The translations under genes and the position numbers were made by a program. A model generated the notes under the pieces. It had not been told where the DNA came from. It did not search any database and saw nothing but the letters and a program-made list of their open reading frames with translations. Shown here piece by piece: positions 26,553 to 36,609 of a DNA stretch of 64,000 nt; the first letter of the stretch is position 1, and every line of letters begins with the position of its first letter. Origin of the DNA: an uncultured Dehalococcoidales bacterium (GTDB lineage Bacteria; Chloroflexota; Dehalococcoidia; Dehalococcoidales; E44-bin46); NCBI GenBank assembly GCA_964627215.1, contig CAZVIZ010000001.1, forward strand, positions 6,635 to 70,634, read 5' to 3'.

Positions 26553-27836
26553 ATGCCAGTTATTGCGATAATCGGTGCTCAATGGGGTGACGAGGGTAAG
26601 GGCAAGATAGTAGACCTCGTCGCCGAGAAGGCGGGGATGGTGGTGCGGTTCTCCGGCGGTGATAACGCTGGTCATACCGTCATAAATCCTTACGGCGAGT
26701 TCAAGTTGCACCTCATACCCTCCGGCCTGTTCTATCCCAAGGTGCTGGCCGTTATCGGCAATGGGGTGGTGGTGAACCCCAGCGTGCTCCTGGAGGAGAT
26801 AGATGACCTGAACCGCCGCGGCGTGGACACGTCGCGTCTCTTCTTGAGCGACCGCGCCCATCTTATAATGCCGTATCACCTCCTCCTGGACGAGCTAGAG
26901 GAGAAATGCCGTGGTGGGGGGGCCATAGGCACCACTCGCAAGGGCATTGGCCCTGCGTATTCAGATAAGACCTCCCGCGTGGGCATAAGGGTGGGAGACT
27001 TGCTGGAAGGCGAGGTGTTCCGGGAGAGGCTGCAACTGGCTTTGGATGCCAAGAACCTGCTCTTGAGTAAGGTATACGGGGCGCCGCCCCTGTCCCTTGA
27101 GGAGATATACGAACAGTACAGCCGCTACGGTGAGCGTCTGGCCCCATATATCCGTGAGACGACCCAAATGGTCCATAGTACCCTGGAGAGGAAGGAACTG
27201 GTGATACTAGAGGGGGCGCAGGGGGCGCTGCTGGACCTGGACTTTGGCACCTATCCCTACACCACCTCCTCCTCGCCGCTTTCGGGTGGGGGGTGCGTGG
27301 GTGCCGGCGTGGGCCCGACCCGTGTGGATGCCGTCCTGGGCGTTTTCAAGGCTTACACAACCAGGGTAGGGGAGGGGCCTATGCCCACCGAGCTTAAGGA
27401 CGAGGTGGGGGAGTCTATCCGCACCCGTGCCCACGAGTTTGGCACCACAACCGGCAGGGCGAGGCGCTGTGGGTGGTTTGACGGGGTGGCCGCCCGCTTC
27501 AGCAACCAGATAAATGGCTTCACTGGCGTGGCGCTGACGCGCTTGGACGTCCTGGACGAATTTTCCGCCATGAAGGTCTGCGTGGGCTACAAGCTCAAGG
27601 GCGGCACGGTGGACCATTTCCCCGCCCATATTTCCGCCCTGGCGAGGTGTGAGCCTGTATACGAGGAGCTTCCCGGCTGGATGGCGCCGACGTCTGATAT
27701 CCGTAGCTATGACGAACTTCCCCAGAACGCGCGGTGCTATATAGAGAGGCTGGAGGAGATTATAGCCTGCCCTATAAAGCTGGTCTCAGTGGGACCCTCC
27801 AGGGAGCAGACCATAGAGCGCGCCCCCTTTATCTAA
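26553..27836 (+). CDS. purA: Adenylosuccinate synthetase
   Basis: QWGDEGKGK, NAGHT, EGAQG, GTTTGRARRCGWFD. Confidence 0.98.
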   Translation: MPVIAIIGAQWGDEGKGKIVDLVAEKAGMVVRFSGGDNAGHTVINPYGEFKLHLIPSGLFYPKVLAVIGNGVVVNPSVLLEEIDDLNRRGVDTSRLFLSDRAHLIMPYHLLLDELEEKCRGGGAIGTTRKGIGPAYSDKTSRVGIRVGDLLEGEVFRERLQLALDAKNLLLSKVYGAPPLSLEEIYEQYSRYGERLAPYIRETTQMVHSTLERKELVILEGAQGALLDLDFGTYPYTTSSSPLSGGGCVGAGVGPTRVDAVLGVFKAYTTRVGEGPMPTELKDEVGESIRTRAHEFGTTTGRARRCGWFDGVAARFSNQINGFTGVALTRLDVLDEFSAMKVCVGYKLKGGTVDHFPAHISALARCEPVYEELPGWMAPTSDIRSYDELPQNARCYIERLEEIIACPIKLVSVGPSREQTIERAPFI

Positions 27837-27852
27837 AAAAGGGGGGATGGCT

Positions 27853-28746
27853 TCAGCCTACTTTGAGGTCTATCTGACAGTTCTTGATGGCTTCCTTGAT
27901 TATGGCGGCTGATTTTTCATCCGGTGCTACCAGGGGCAGCCTTGTCCCGCCTACATTGAAGCCCAGCTGGTTTAAGGCGTATTTCACCGGCGTGGGGTTT
28001 GCGACGACGAACATGGCGTCCCCCAGAGCGAGCAGTCGGCAGTGTATATCGGCAGCAGCAGCCGTATTGCCTTTCACACAGGCGTCCAGCATGGCCTTTA
28101 CCTGCCCTCCCACCAGGTGCGAGATGACGCTTATCACGCCGTAGCCGCCCAGGTTCATTATGTGAAAGGTGTCGCTGTCATTTCCGCTCCAGATGTGGAA
28201 GTCCGCCGGGGTGCCGCTTATCATCTTGGCTATTGCTTCCAGGTCGCCGCTGGCTTCCTTTACGCCGATGATGTTTTCTATGCGGCTTAAGCGGATTACG
28301 GTCTCCGGCTGGAGGCTGGTCACGGTGCGGGAAGGGACGTTATACAGGATACAGGGGAGCTTGGTGCTCTCAGCGATGGTCTTGAAGTGCTGGTAGAGTC
28401 CCTCCTGGGAAGGCTTGTTGTAGTAAGGTACTACCAGAAGACAGCCGTCCACGCCAGCCTTCTCCGCCTCCTGGGTTGCCTTGACAGCCTCAGCGGTGTT
28501 GTTGCTTCCTGTTCCCGCCACAACCGCACCCCGGTCGCCCACCGCCTGTTTTATCTCGGCGAAGAGGCACTGCTCCTCCTTTTTGGTAAGCGTGGGGGAC
28601 TCGCCCGTAGTGCCCACGACGACAAGGCCGTCGCTGCCGCTTTCCAGGAGTGCTTGGGCTAGTTTCTTGGCCTGGGAGTAATCAACCTCCCCCTTTGAAT
28701 TGAAGGGGGTCACCATCGCGGTTAACAGTCGCCCTATTTGCTTCAT
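27853..28746 (-). CDS. dapA: 4-hydroxy-tetrahydrodipicolinate synthase
   Basis: GTTGESPTL, PYYNKP, YNVPSRT, GVKEASG. Confidence 0.97.
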   Translation of the reverse strand: MKQIGRLLTAMVTPFNSKGEVDYSQAKKLAQALLESGSDGLVVVGTTGESPTLTKKEEQCLFAEIKQAVGDRGAVVAGTGSNNTAEAVKATQEAEKAGVDGCLLVVPYYNKPSQEGLYQHFKTIAESTKLPCILYNVPSRTVTSLQPETVIRLSRIENIIGVKEASGDLEAIAKMISGTPADFHIWSGNDSDTFHIMNLGGYGVISVISHLVGGQVKAMLDACVKGNTAAAADIHCRLLALGDAMFVVANPTPVKYALNQLGFNVGGTRLPLVAPDEKSAAIIKEAIKNCQIDLKVG

Positions 28747-29779
28747 TTTCTATCTCCATGGGACGTAGCCAGTCCTGTTTAATCGCCTCTTCGGCGATCT
28801 GGACGGTGTTCAGTGCCGCCCCCTTGCGCAGGTTATCGGCAACTATCCACATCACCAATCCGTGGGGGTTGGAGGCATCCACCCGTATGCGCCCTACGAA
28901 GACGTCGTCCGTGCCGGCAGACGCCCGGGGCTGTGGGTATAGGCTTACCACGGGTTCATCTACCACCCTCACCCCTGGGGCCTGGGCCAGTATGCGGCGT
29001 GCCTCATCGGGGTCCATGGGCTTGGCGGACTCTATGGTTACCGCCATGCTGTGTCCGGTGAACACCGGCACGCGGGCGCAGGTAGTGGATATGGCGATTT
29101 CATCGGCGTGCATTATCTTCCTGGTTTCCTCCACCATCTTCCACTCTTCCTTGGTATAGCCGTTATCCAGGAAAACGTCTATCTCGGGCAGCACGTTGAA
29201 CGCTATCTGGTGGGGGTAGACGTGGGGTATAGTGCTATGGCCATCCAGCACCTGCTTAGTCTGGGTGGACAGTTCGTCCACCGCCGCCAGCCCTGTGCCT
29301 GATACGGCCTGATAGGTGGAGGCGACGATGCGCTTAATGGGGTTGGCTTGGTGTAAGGGGTATAGCGCCACCACCATCTGTATTGTGGAGCAGTTGGGGT
29401 TGGCTATAATGCCTTTGTGTTTCTGTATGTCCTGGGGGTTTATCTCCGGCACCACCAGAGGGACGTCGTCCTCCATGCGGAAGGCGGAGCTATTGTCTAT
29501 AACCAACGCCCCAGCGGCGGCGGCCATGGGTGAGAAGTATCGGCTGACCTCGGAGCCGGCCGAGAACAGGGCGATATCCACCCCCTTGAAGGAGTCGTGG
29601 TTGGTTTCCTTAACCACCTCTTCCTTGCCCCTAACCAGCACCTTCCTGCCCGCAGAGCGGTCGGAGGCGAACAGGCTTATGGAGCTTGAGGGGAAGTTGC
29701 GCTGCTCCAGTATCTTGATGAACTCCTTGCCCACCATGCCGGTGGCGCCGACAATAGCGACCTTGTATCCGTTGTTCAT
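28682..29779 (-). CDS. asd: Aspartate-semialdehyde dehydrogenase
   Basis: GATGMVG, NPNCSTIQ, DNLRKGAALN; ATG 29779 overlaps the dapB stop (TAATG). Confidence 0.96.
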   Translation of the reverse strand: MNNGYKVAIVGATGMVGKEFIKILEQRNFPSSSISLFASDRSAGRKVLVRGKEEVVKETNHDSFKGVDIALFSAGSEVSRYFSPMAAAAGALVIDNSSAFRMEDDVPLVVPEINPQDIQKHKGIIANPNCSTIQMVVALYPLHQANPIKRIVASTYQAVSGTGLAAVDELSTQTKQVLDGHSTIPHVYPHQIAFNVLPEIDVFLDNGYTKEEWKMVEETRKIMHADEIAISTTCARVPVFTGHSMAVTIESAKPMDPDEARRILAQAPGVRVVDEPVVSLYPQPRASAGTDDVFVGRIRVDASNPHGLVMWIVADNLRKGAALNTVQIAEEAIKQDWLRPMEIENEANRATVNRDGDPLQFKGGG

Positions 29780-30573
29780 TACCCCCCCTTTAGACCGAGC
29801 AGGACGTCCAGCCCATAGGTAAGCCCCTTGTGCTGGGCCGCCTCTTTTATAGCCAGCAGGACACCTGGCATATAACATTCACGGTTGATTGTGTCGTGCC
29901 TTATTCTGAGTGTCTGCCCTGCCGCCCCCAGGATAACTTCCTGGTGCGCCATAAGACCTGGCAGACGCACACTATGGATGCTGATGCCGTCTACCTTCTC
30001 CCCGCGGGAGGTCAGGTTTTCTTTTTGCGAGGGTGTGGTGAAGGCCCCACCCTTGGACTTGGCCATAGCCTTGGCGGTGGAAAGCGCCGTTCCGGAGGGC
30101 GCGTCGACCTTCATATGGTGGTGCATCTCTATAATCTCGGCATAGTCGAAGTGCTTGGCTGCCACCTGGGCTAGGTGCATCATCATCACCGCCCCCAGGG
30201 CGAAGTTGGGTGCTATTATCACACCAATGTCGCTGGCCTGGCTGAGCTTATCTATCTCTTTTACGTTGTCGGGCTTAAGCCCCGTGGTTCCGATGACCAG
30301 GTTCACCCTCTGGCTGGCGGCAGCGCGCGCCGCTGGCATAACTGCCCTGGCGATGGTGAAATCCACCATTACGTCGGGGCGGCAGGATTTCAGCATGGGG
30401 GCTACTTCTTTGGTCAGGGGAACCTCGGCGGAGCCGTCGGCGAGGGTTAGGTTGGCCGCATCCGCCTTCATGTCCGCCGCCCCGACCAGCTCCGTGTCGG
30501 GGTCCTGGCAAACGGCGGCTAGCACCTGTTGGCCCATCCTGCCCAGCGCGCCATGAACGGCTACCCTTATCAT
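29779..30573 (-). CDS. dapB: 4-hydroxy-tetrahydrodipicolinate reductase
   Basis: GALGRMG, GTTG, EMHHHMKVDAPSGTA. Confidence 0.97.
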   Translation of the reverse strand: MIRVAVHGALGRMGQQVLAAVCQDPDTELVGAADMKADAANLTLADGSAEVPLTKEVAPMLKSCRPDVMVDFTIARAVMPAARAAASQRVNLVIGTTGLKPDNVKEIDKLSQASDIGVIIAPNFALGAVMMMHLAQVAAKHFDYAEIIEMHHHMKVDAPSGTALSTAKAMAKSKGGAFTTPSQKENLTSRGEKVDGISIHSVRLPGLMAHQEVILGAAGQTLRIRHDTINRECYMPGVLLAIKEAAQHKGLTYGLDVLLGLKGG

Positions 30574-30579
30574 ATACGT

Positions 30580-32784
30580 TTAACCTCTCTTATGGTAAGG
30601 GCGCTTGTGGGGAGGCCTGCCGTGGCCTTGGGACGAGTCGTGCCTTGGTCGAGGGGGGCGCTTGGCTGCCTGTTCTCTCTGTCTAGCCGCAGCCTTTTCG
30701 GGGTCATCCTCAAACACTGCTCGTCGGGACAGGTTCACTCTTCCCATATCGTCTATCCCGATGGCCTTGACCGTAACCTCGTCGCCCAGATTAACCTCGT
30801 CGGTGACGTTGGCCACCCGGTAGTCGGCCAGCTCGCTTATGTGCACCAGGCCTTCTTTGCCCGGCAGTACTTCCACCATAGCGCCAAAGTTCAAGATACG
30901 GCTAACCTTGCCCGTGTATATACAGCCCACCTCTACATCCTTGGTCAGGTCCTCCACCATCTTTATGGCCCTGCGGGCGCTCTCCTCATCAGGAGAGCCG
31001 ATTAACACCGTGCCGTCGTTATCCACGTCTACGGTGGCTGTGGTCTCCTCGGTTATGCCTCGTATGTTCTTGCCGCCGGGGCCTATCAGGGCGCCTATCT
31101 TATCGGGGGCTATGGTCAGCCTGTATATCCTGGGCGCATAGGGGCTCATCTCGGTTCGGCTGGAGGGTATTACCTGATTCATCTTCTCCAGTATCTCAAG
31201 ACGGGCCTCACGGGCCTGCTTAAGGGCGGCCTCTATAATCTCCAGGCTCAAGCCCTTTATCTTTATATCAAATTGCATGGAGGTTATGCCCTCGGTGGTG
31301 CCAGCCACCTTGAAGTCCATATCGCCGTGGGCGTCCTCTATGCCCTCCAGGTCGGTTAGGACGACGAACTTGCCTGTTTCGTCCGTAACCAGTCCCATGG
31401 CTATGCCGGCCACGGCACGGCTCAGGGGGACGCCGGCGTCCATCAGCGATAGGCTGGAGGCGCAGACGCTAGCCATAGAGGTGCTGCCGTTGGAGCTCAA
31501 GACTTCCGAGACAAGGCGGATGGTGTAGGGGAACTTCTCCTCGTCGGGGAGCGTTGGGACCAACGCTCGTCCCGCCAGTGCCCCGTGCCCTATCTCGCGT
31601 CGGCCGGGTGAGCCTACACGCCTTACCTCGCCTACTGAGAAGGGTGGGAAGTTATAGTGGTGAATGAAACGCTTGGTTTCTTCTATGCCAAGGCCGTCCA
31701 ACTGCTGCCTCTTCCTGGTTGGGCCCAGGGTGGTTATGGCCAGCACCTGGGTCTGCCCCCTGTTGAACAGGCCGGAGCCGTGGGTGCGGGGCAGAATCCC
31801 CACCTCACAGCTTATATCACGTATATCGGTGACACCACGCCCGCCCACGCGTATGCCTTTATCCAGAACGGCGGATCTTAGTTCGGTGCGGAGGGCCTTA
31901 TTGAAGGCGGCCTTTATATCTGCCTCCGGGAAGGTTTCCATGAGTTTGTCCAGGCATTCCTGCTTTAGCGCTCCGGTCTCCTCGTCGCGCTTGAGCTTAT
32001 CGGCATGTCCCAGTGCCTGGGCCAGCCTGCCCTCTAATATAGGCGCTATCGCCTGGGCAAGCTCTGCGTGCACCTCGTCTATGGAGGCTTCCACCTTGGG
32101 TTTGCCGCAGTCTTGGCGGATCTGATCCTGGAGCTTGATGACGGCCTGATTGGCTTCGTGGCCCATCTTGATGGCCTCTATTATCATGGCTTCGGGTAGC
32201 TCGTTCGCCTCACCCTCCACCATTACCAAGGCGTCCTTGCTGCTTATCACTATTAGGTCTAGTGTGCTCTCCTCCATCTGGACCATGGTGGGGTTCAGCA
32301 CCAGCTTGCCATCTATACGGCCTATACTTATTGCGCTCACGGGGCCGTCAAAGGGGACCTCGGACGCATTTAGGACTGCGGAGCCGCCGATGACCGCCAA
32401 TAGGTTGGGGTCGTTCTCCTGGTCGGCGGAAAGCACCGTGGCTATCACCTGAATATCGTTGCGCCACGCCTTGGGGAGCAGGGGGCGTAAGGGGCGGTCG
32501 GTGAGGCGGCTGGTTAGAGTAGCTTCCTCGCTGGGGCGCCCTTCCCGCCTTATGAAGCCGCCGGGTATCTTGCCCGCGGCGTATAATCTCTCCTCGTAGT
32601 CTATGGTGAGGGGAAGGAAGTCCACCCCCTCGCGTTGCTGGTTACTCACACATACTGTGACCAGCACCACCGTGTCGCCATAGCGCACGGTTACGGCCGC
32701 GTCGGCCTGGACGGCGAGCTTCTGGGTCTCTAGTCTTAAAGTCCTCTCGCCAACCTTCTCTTGGTAAACCAGTGATTCTTTCAA
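30580..32784 (-). CDS. pnp: Polyribonucleotide nucleotidyltransferase
   Basis: RREGRP, HYNFPPFSVGE, SNGSTSMAS, GDMDFKVAGT, KH and S1 domains. Confidence 0.98.
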   Translation of the reverse strand: MKESLVYQEKVGERTLRLETQKLAVQADAAVTVRYGDTVVLVTVCVSNQQREGVDFLPLTIDYEERLYAAGKIPGGFIRREGRPSEEATLTSRLTDRPLRPLLPKAWRNDIQVIATVLSADQENDPNLLAVIGGSAVLNASEVPFDGPVSAISIGRIDGKLVLNPTMVQMEESTLDLIVISSKDALVMVEGEANELPEAMIIEAIKMGHEANQAVIKLQDQIRQDCGKPKVEASIDEVHAELAQAIAPILEGRLAQALGHADKLKRDEETGALKQECLDKLMETFPEADIKAAFNKALRTELRSAVLDKGIRVGGRGVTDIRDISCEVGILPRTHGSGLFNRGQTQVLAITTLGPTRKRQQLDGLGIEETKRFIHHYNFPPFSVGEVRRVGSPGRREIGHGALAGRALVPTLPDEEKFPYTIRLVSEVLSSNGSTSMASVCASSLSLMDAGVPLSRAVAGIAMGLVTDETGKFVVLTDLEGIEDAHGDMDFKVAGTTEGITSMQFDIKIKGLSLEIIEAALKQAREARLEILEKMNQVIPSSRTEMSPYAPRIYRLTIAPDKIGALIGPGGKNIRGITEETTATVDVDNDGTVLIGSPDEESARRAIKMVEDLTKDVEVGCIYTGKVSRILNFGAMVEVLPGKEGLVHISELADYRVANVTDEVNLGDEVTVKAIGIDDMGRVNLSRRAVFEDDPEKAAARQREQAAKRPPRPRHDSSQGHGRPPHKRPYHKRG

Positions 32785-32794
32785 TAACTTCCGT

Positions 32795-33073
32795 CTACTT
32801 TCTTAATTTCAGCGCTGATATAAGCTGCTGATATCTCTCTACGTCTTTGTTGTTCAGGTAGCTTAAGAGCCGCCTGCGTTGCCCCACCAGCTTTAGCAGG
32901 CCGCGCTGGGTGTGATAGTCGTGCTGGTTTTGGGCCATGTGCCCTGTAAGCTGGTTTATCCTCTCCGTAAGCAGCGCCACCTGAACCTCGGTGGAGCCGG
33001 TATCTCCATCCTTAGCTTTGAACTTATCTATTATCGCCTGTTTTCTCTCCCTATCCACTTTCTCACTCCTCAC
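32795..33073 (-). CDS. rpsO: 30S ribosomal protein S15
   Basis: [27 protein letters not shown]; TAG stop. Confidence 0.97.
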   Translation of the reverse strand: MRSEKVDRERKQAIIDKFKAKDGDTGSTEVQVALLTERINQLTGHMAQNQHDYHTQRGLLKLVGQRRRLLSYLNNKDVERYQQLISALKLRK

Positions 33074-33096
33074 CTAGTTACTAGCTAAACGTAGTG

Positions 33097-33125
33097 ATTA
33101 TACCATATTCACCCTAGACTGTAAA
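33097..33125 (-). promoter_or_regulatory. rpsO promoter
   Basis: TTTACA-N17-TATAAT on the minus strand. Confidence 0.7.
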
Positions 33126-33158
33126 TTGTGTTAGCCTCAATTTACAGCCTAACCCGCC

Positions 33159-33187
33159 TTGACTTGGTGGGGGCAGCAATCTATAGT
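33159..33187 (+). promoter_or_regulatory. Promoter of the DUF503-helicase-lgt operon
   Basis: TTGACT-N17-TATAGT. Confidence 0.7.
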
Positions 33188-33229
33188 TAACCGTAGACCT
33201 GCCCATATTCCCCCAGGCTTTAAGTTTAG

Positions 33230-33523
33230 ATGAACGTCGGTATATTGAAGATCCGTTTGCGTCTTCCCGGCAACCGCTCGCTTAAGGGCAAGAGGCAGGT
33301 GTTGCGGTCCATCACCACCCGCCTGAGGAGCCAGTTCAACATCTCAGTGGCCGAGGTGGATGACCATGATCTATGGCAGATGGCCTCGCTGGGCGTCTGT
33401 TGCGTCAGCAACGACAGGCGCTACACCAACGAGGTGTTGTCCAAGGTGGTGGCCTTCGTCTGCGGTGGCCGCTTTGAAGTGGAGATGGTTAAGCACGATA
33501 TAGAGATAATATCCCTCTCCTAA
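33230..33523 (+). CDS. DUF503 (YlxP) family protein
   Basis: SLKGKR and FNISVAEVD..DLWQ motifs. Confidence 0.88.
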   Translation: MNVGILKIRLRLPGNRSLKGKRQVLRSITTRLRSQFNISVAEVDDHDLWQMASLGVCCVSNDRRYTNEVLSKVVAFVCGGRFEVEMVKHDIEIISLS

Positions 33524-33535
33524 AGTTCACAAGCT

Positions 33536-35824
33536 ATGGATACCCAGGCTTTTATCGATTATCTCACCGCTCGCACTGGCTACGCCGGTCAGGTGGTGCA
33601 TGTGGAACACCTGCCCGCCCGCGAGGCACACTATGGCGCTTTAGAACACCACCTGCCCCGCGAGCTTAGACAGCGCTTGGAGGTGGAGGGGCTGTTGCCG
33701 CTCTATAGCCACCAGGCCGATGCGGTGAGCCATGCTGTGGGGGGTGAGAACGTGATGGTTTCCACCTCAAGCGCCAGCGGCAAGACGCTTTGCTACAACA
33801 TACCTGTCCTGGTGGCGCTGGGAGAGAAGGCGAGGGCGCGCGCTCTGTATCTATTTCCCACCAAGGCCCTGGCGCAGGACCAGCTTCAGACTCTACGGGA
33901 ACTGGCCGAGCCTCAACTTTTGGGCAAGGGTGATATCGATACCTTTGACGGCGATACCCCAAGGGGGCACCGCGCTGAGATAAGGGGCCGGGCCAGGGTG
34001 ATATTGACCAACCCCGATATGCTACACCTGGGCATACTGCCCAACCATCAGGCCTGGGCGCGTTTTTTGCGCAACCTGCGCTACGTGGTGGTGGACGAGG
34101 GCCATGTTTATAGGGGCGTATTCGGCTCCCACGTGGCCTGCGTGCTGAGGCGCCTTAGGCGCCTATGCCGCCTCTACGGATCCAATCCGCAGTTCATCTG
34201 CTGCTCGGCTACCATAGCCAACCCCGCCGAGCACGTGGAGAAGCTGGTCGGGCTGCCCTTCCACGTGGTTGAGGGGGACGGTTCTCCACATCAGGGCAGG
34301 GACTTTGCCTTCTGGAACCCGCCGCTGCTGGACGAGACCAAGAGCACAAGGCGTAGCGCCAACAGCGAGGCCACCGACCTGTTCACCGAGCTGGTGAAGC
34401 AAGACATCCGTACCCTGGCATTCGCCCGCACCCGTCGTCTTACCGAGCTAATCTATATCTACTCTAGGGATAGGCTGGCCAAGTACAGCCCGGCCTGGGC
34501 GGACAGAATAATGGCCTACCGCGCCGGCTACCTTCCCGAGGAGCGCCGCCGCATAGAGGGGGAGCTATTCTCCGGAGCGCTAACGGGGGTGGTGGCCACA
34601 AATGCCCTGGAGCTGGGTATAGACATCGGCGATCTGGAAGCCACCGTGCTCACCGGCTACCCTGGCAGCATCGCCAGCACCTGGCAGCAGGCGGGGAGGA
34701 GTGGCAGGGGTGGGGGGCGGGCGCTGAGTATACTCGTGGGGCTGGATAATCCCCTGGACCAGTACTTTATGAACAACCCGACCGAATTTTTTGGCAAGGG
34801 CTTTGAAAACGCTCTGGTAAACCCCGCCAACACCTATATCTTGAAGTCCCACCTGCTCTGCGCTGCCTGGGAGATGCCCCTGGGCAGTGCCGATAAGGAC
34901 TTCTTTGGCGACACCTTCCTCACGGAGATCATGGAGCTTGAGGGGCAGGGCCTGCTGCGGAAGCGGCGTGGTGGGTGGTATCCGTCGCCGTCTATTTCCT
35001 GCCCTGCACATGGCATCGGCATCCGCTCCACCTCCGCCGAGACCTATGCCGTGGTGGAGACCGTCACGGGGGCGCTTTTAGAGACGGTGGAGGCCGGCGT
35101 GGCCTTCATGCAGGTCCATCCCGGCGCCATCTACCTCCACCAGGGGGATTCCTACCTGGTCACCGACCTGGACATAGCCGCTCGCACCGCCCATGTGCGC
35201 CTGGCCGACGTAAATTACTATACCCAGTCTAAGGATCTCACCGATCTCACGGTCTTTCGCGTTACCCGCCGCAGGGACTGCGGTGGGGTGGGGGTGAGCT
35301 TGGGCGACGTGGAGGTGTCCACCACCGTGGTTGGCTTCAAACGCAAGACGCGGTTCACCGAGGAGGTGATAGGGGAGGAGGTGCTGGACCTGCCGCCGTA
35401 CTGCTTCGATACCGTGGCGCTGTGGTTTGATATCCCGCCCCGGGTTATAGAGGAGGTGGAGGCGGCTCACCTGGACATGGCGGGGGGGCTTCACGCTTTG
35501 GAGCATGCCGCCATCGGCATACTGCCCCTGTTCGCCCTATGTGACCGCAACGACATCGGCGGCGTCTCCACAACCCTCCACCCCGATACGGGACGTCCTC
35601 AGGTGTTCATCTACGATGCCTATCCCGGCGGCATTGGCATTTCGGAACGGGGGTTTGATATAGTAGAGGAGCTGTGGCGGGCGACGCTCAAGGTAATCGC
35701 CGAGTGTCCCTGCCTGGAGGGTTGCCCCAGCTGTATACAGTCGCCCAAGTGCGGCAACAACAATAAGCCGCTGGACAAGGTGGCGGCTCAAGTGTTGCTT
35801 AGGGGGCTTATCGGAGAGAGATGA
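33536..35824 (+). CDS. DEAD/DEAH-box helicase with DUF1998 Zn domain (MrfA/YprA/Hrq1-like)
   Basis: ASGKT, PTKALAQDQ, DEGH, SAT, QQAGRSGR, C-terminal CPC..GCPSC. Confidence 0.92.
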   Translation: MDTQAFIDYLTARTGYAGQVVHVEHLPAREAHYGALEHHLPRELRQRLEVEGLLPLYSHQADAVSHAVGGENVMVSTSSASGKTLCYNIPVLVALGEKARARALYLFPTKALAQDQLQTLRELAEPQLLGKGDIDTFDGDTPRGHRAEIRGRARVILTNPDMLHLGILPNHQAWARFLRNLRYVVVDEGHVYRGVFGSHVACVLRRLRRLCRLYGSNPQFICCSATIANPAEHVEKLVGLPFHVVEGDGSPHQGRDFAFWNPPLLDETKSTRRSANSEATDLFTELVKQDIRTLAFARTRRLTELIYIYSRDRLAKYSPAWADRIMAYRAGYLPEERRRIEGELFSGALTGVVATNALELGIDIGDLEATVLTGYPGSIASTWQQAGRSGRGGGRALSILVGLDNPLDQYFMNNPTEFFGKGFENALVNPANTYILKSHLLCAAWEMPLGSADKDFFGDTFLTEIMELEGQGLLRKRRGGWYPSPSISCPAHGIGIRSTSAETYAVVETVTGALLETVEAGVAFMQVHPGAIYLHQGDSYLVTDLDIAARTAHVRLADVNYYTQSKDLTDLTVFRVTRRRDCGGVGVSLGDVEVSTTVVGFKRKTRFTEEVIGEEVLDLPPYCFDTVALWFDIPPRVIEEVEAAHLDMAGGLHALEHAAIGILPLFALCDRNDIGGVSTTLHPDTGRPQVFIYDAYPGGIGISERGFDIVEELWRATLKVIAECPCLEGCPSCIQSPKCGNNNKPLDKVAAQVLLRGLIGER

Positions 35825-36609
35825 TAACAATAAGCATAGATCCGGTAGCGTTTCACCTGGGCTCGTTTGAAGTGCGCTGGTACGGCATTTTCGTGGCCAT
35901 AGCCGTGGTGGCGCTTACGCTGTGGATGTACCGTCAGATAACCACGCATAAGGACAGGATACCCCGCCCCGACCCCATAGTTGCCGTCATCGCCATCGCC
36001 TGCGGCCTCGGCATGGCCAAGCTTTTTCACGTGGTGGACCTGTGGGGCTACTACAGCCAGAACCTGGGGGAGATATTCAGCACGGGGGGCTTGGGCGTCT
36101 TCGGTGCCATAGTGGGCGCCAGCCTCTTCTTCTGGATATACAGCCGCAAGCACGACTACCCCTTCTGGTTCATCTCCGACCTGGCGGCGCCGGGGGTTAT
36201 CCTGGCGCAGGCCATAGGTCGTATAGGCTGTCTGGTGAATGGCTGCTGCTACGGCAAACTCTGCCAGGCGGGGCCGGATTCCCTCCCCTGGGGGGTGATA
36301 TATACCCACCCCAATAGCTACGCTCCGTTGGGGGTGGAGCTTATACCCACCCAGCTTTATGAGATAATCTTCAACTTCACCTTCTTCGGGGTGCTTTTTA
36401 AGCTCCGTGGCAGGCTAAAGCCAGACGGCTCGCTGTTCTTATTGTATCTGGCGGGTTATGCCGCGTGGCGCATTGGCATAAGCTTTCTTAGGCAGGGGAC
36501 GCCCTTCTTCTTCGGCCTTCAGGAGGCCCAGATCATATCCATAGCCATACTGGCGGTGGTGCTGCCGGCCCTGGTTATAAGGATGCGCCGGGCGGCTCGG
36601 CAGTCTTAA
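35821..36609 (+). CDS. lgt: Prolipoprotein diacylglyceryl transferase
   Basis: VRWYG, QAIGRIGCLVNGCCYG, PTQLYE. Confidence 0.93.
   Translation: MITISIDPVAFHLGSFEVRWYGIFVAIAVVALTLWMYRQITTHKDRIPRPDPIVAVIAIACGLGMAKLFHVVDLWGYYSQNLGEIFSTGGLGVFGAIVGASLFFWIYSRKHDYPFWFISDLAAPGVILAQAIGRIGCLVNGCCYGKLCQAGPDSLPWGVIYTHPNSYAPLGVELIPTQLYEIIFNFTFFGVLFKLRGRLKPDGSLFLLYLAGYAAWRIGISFLRQGTPFFFGLQEAQIISIAILAVVLPALVIRMRRAARQS

Noticed and set aside
27853-30573. dap genes as a dedicated lysine supply for Pyl
   Set aside because: They lie about 25 kb away in a core pnp operon, with no evidence of linkage.
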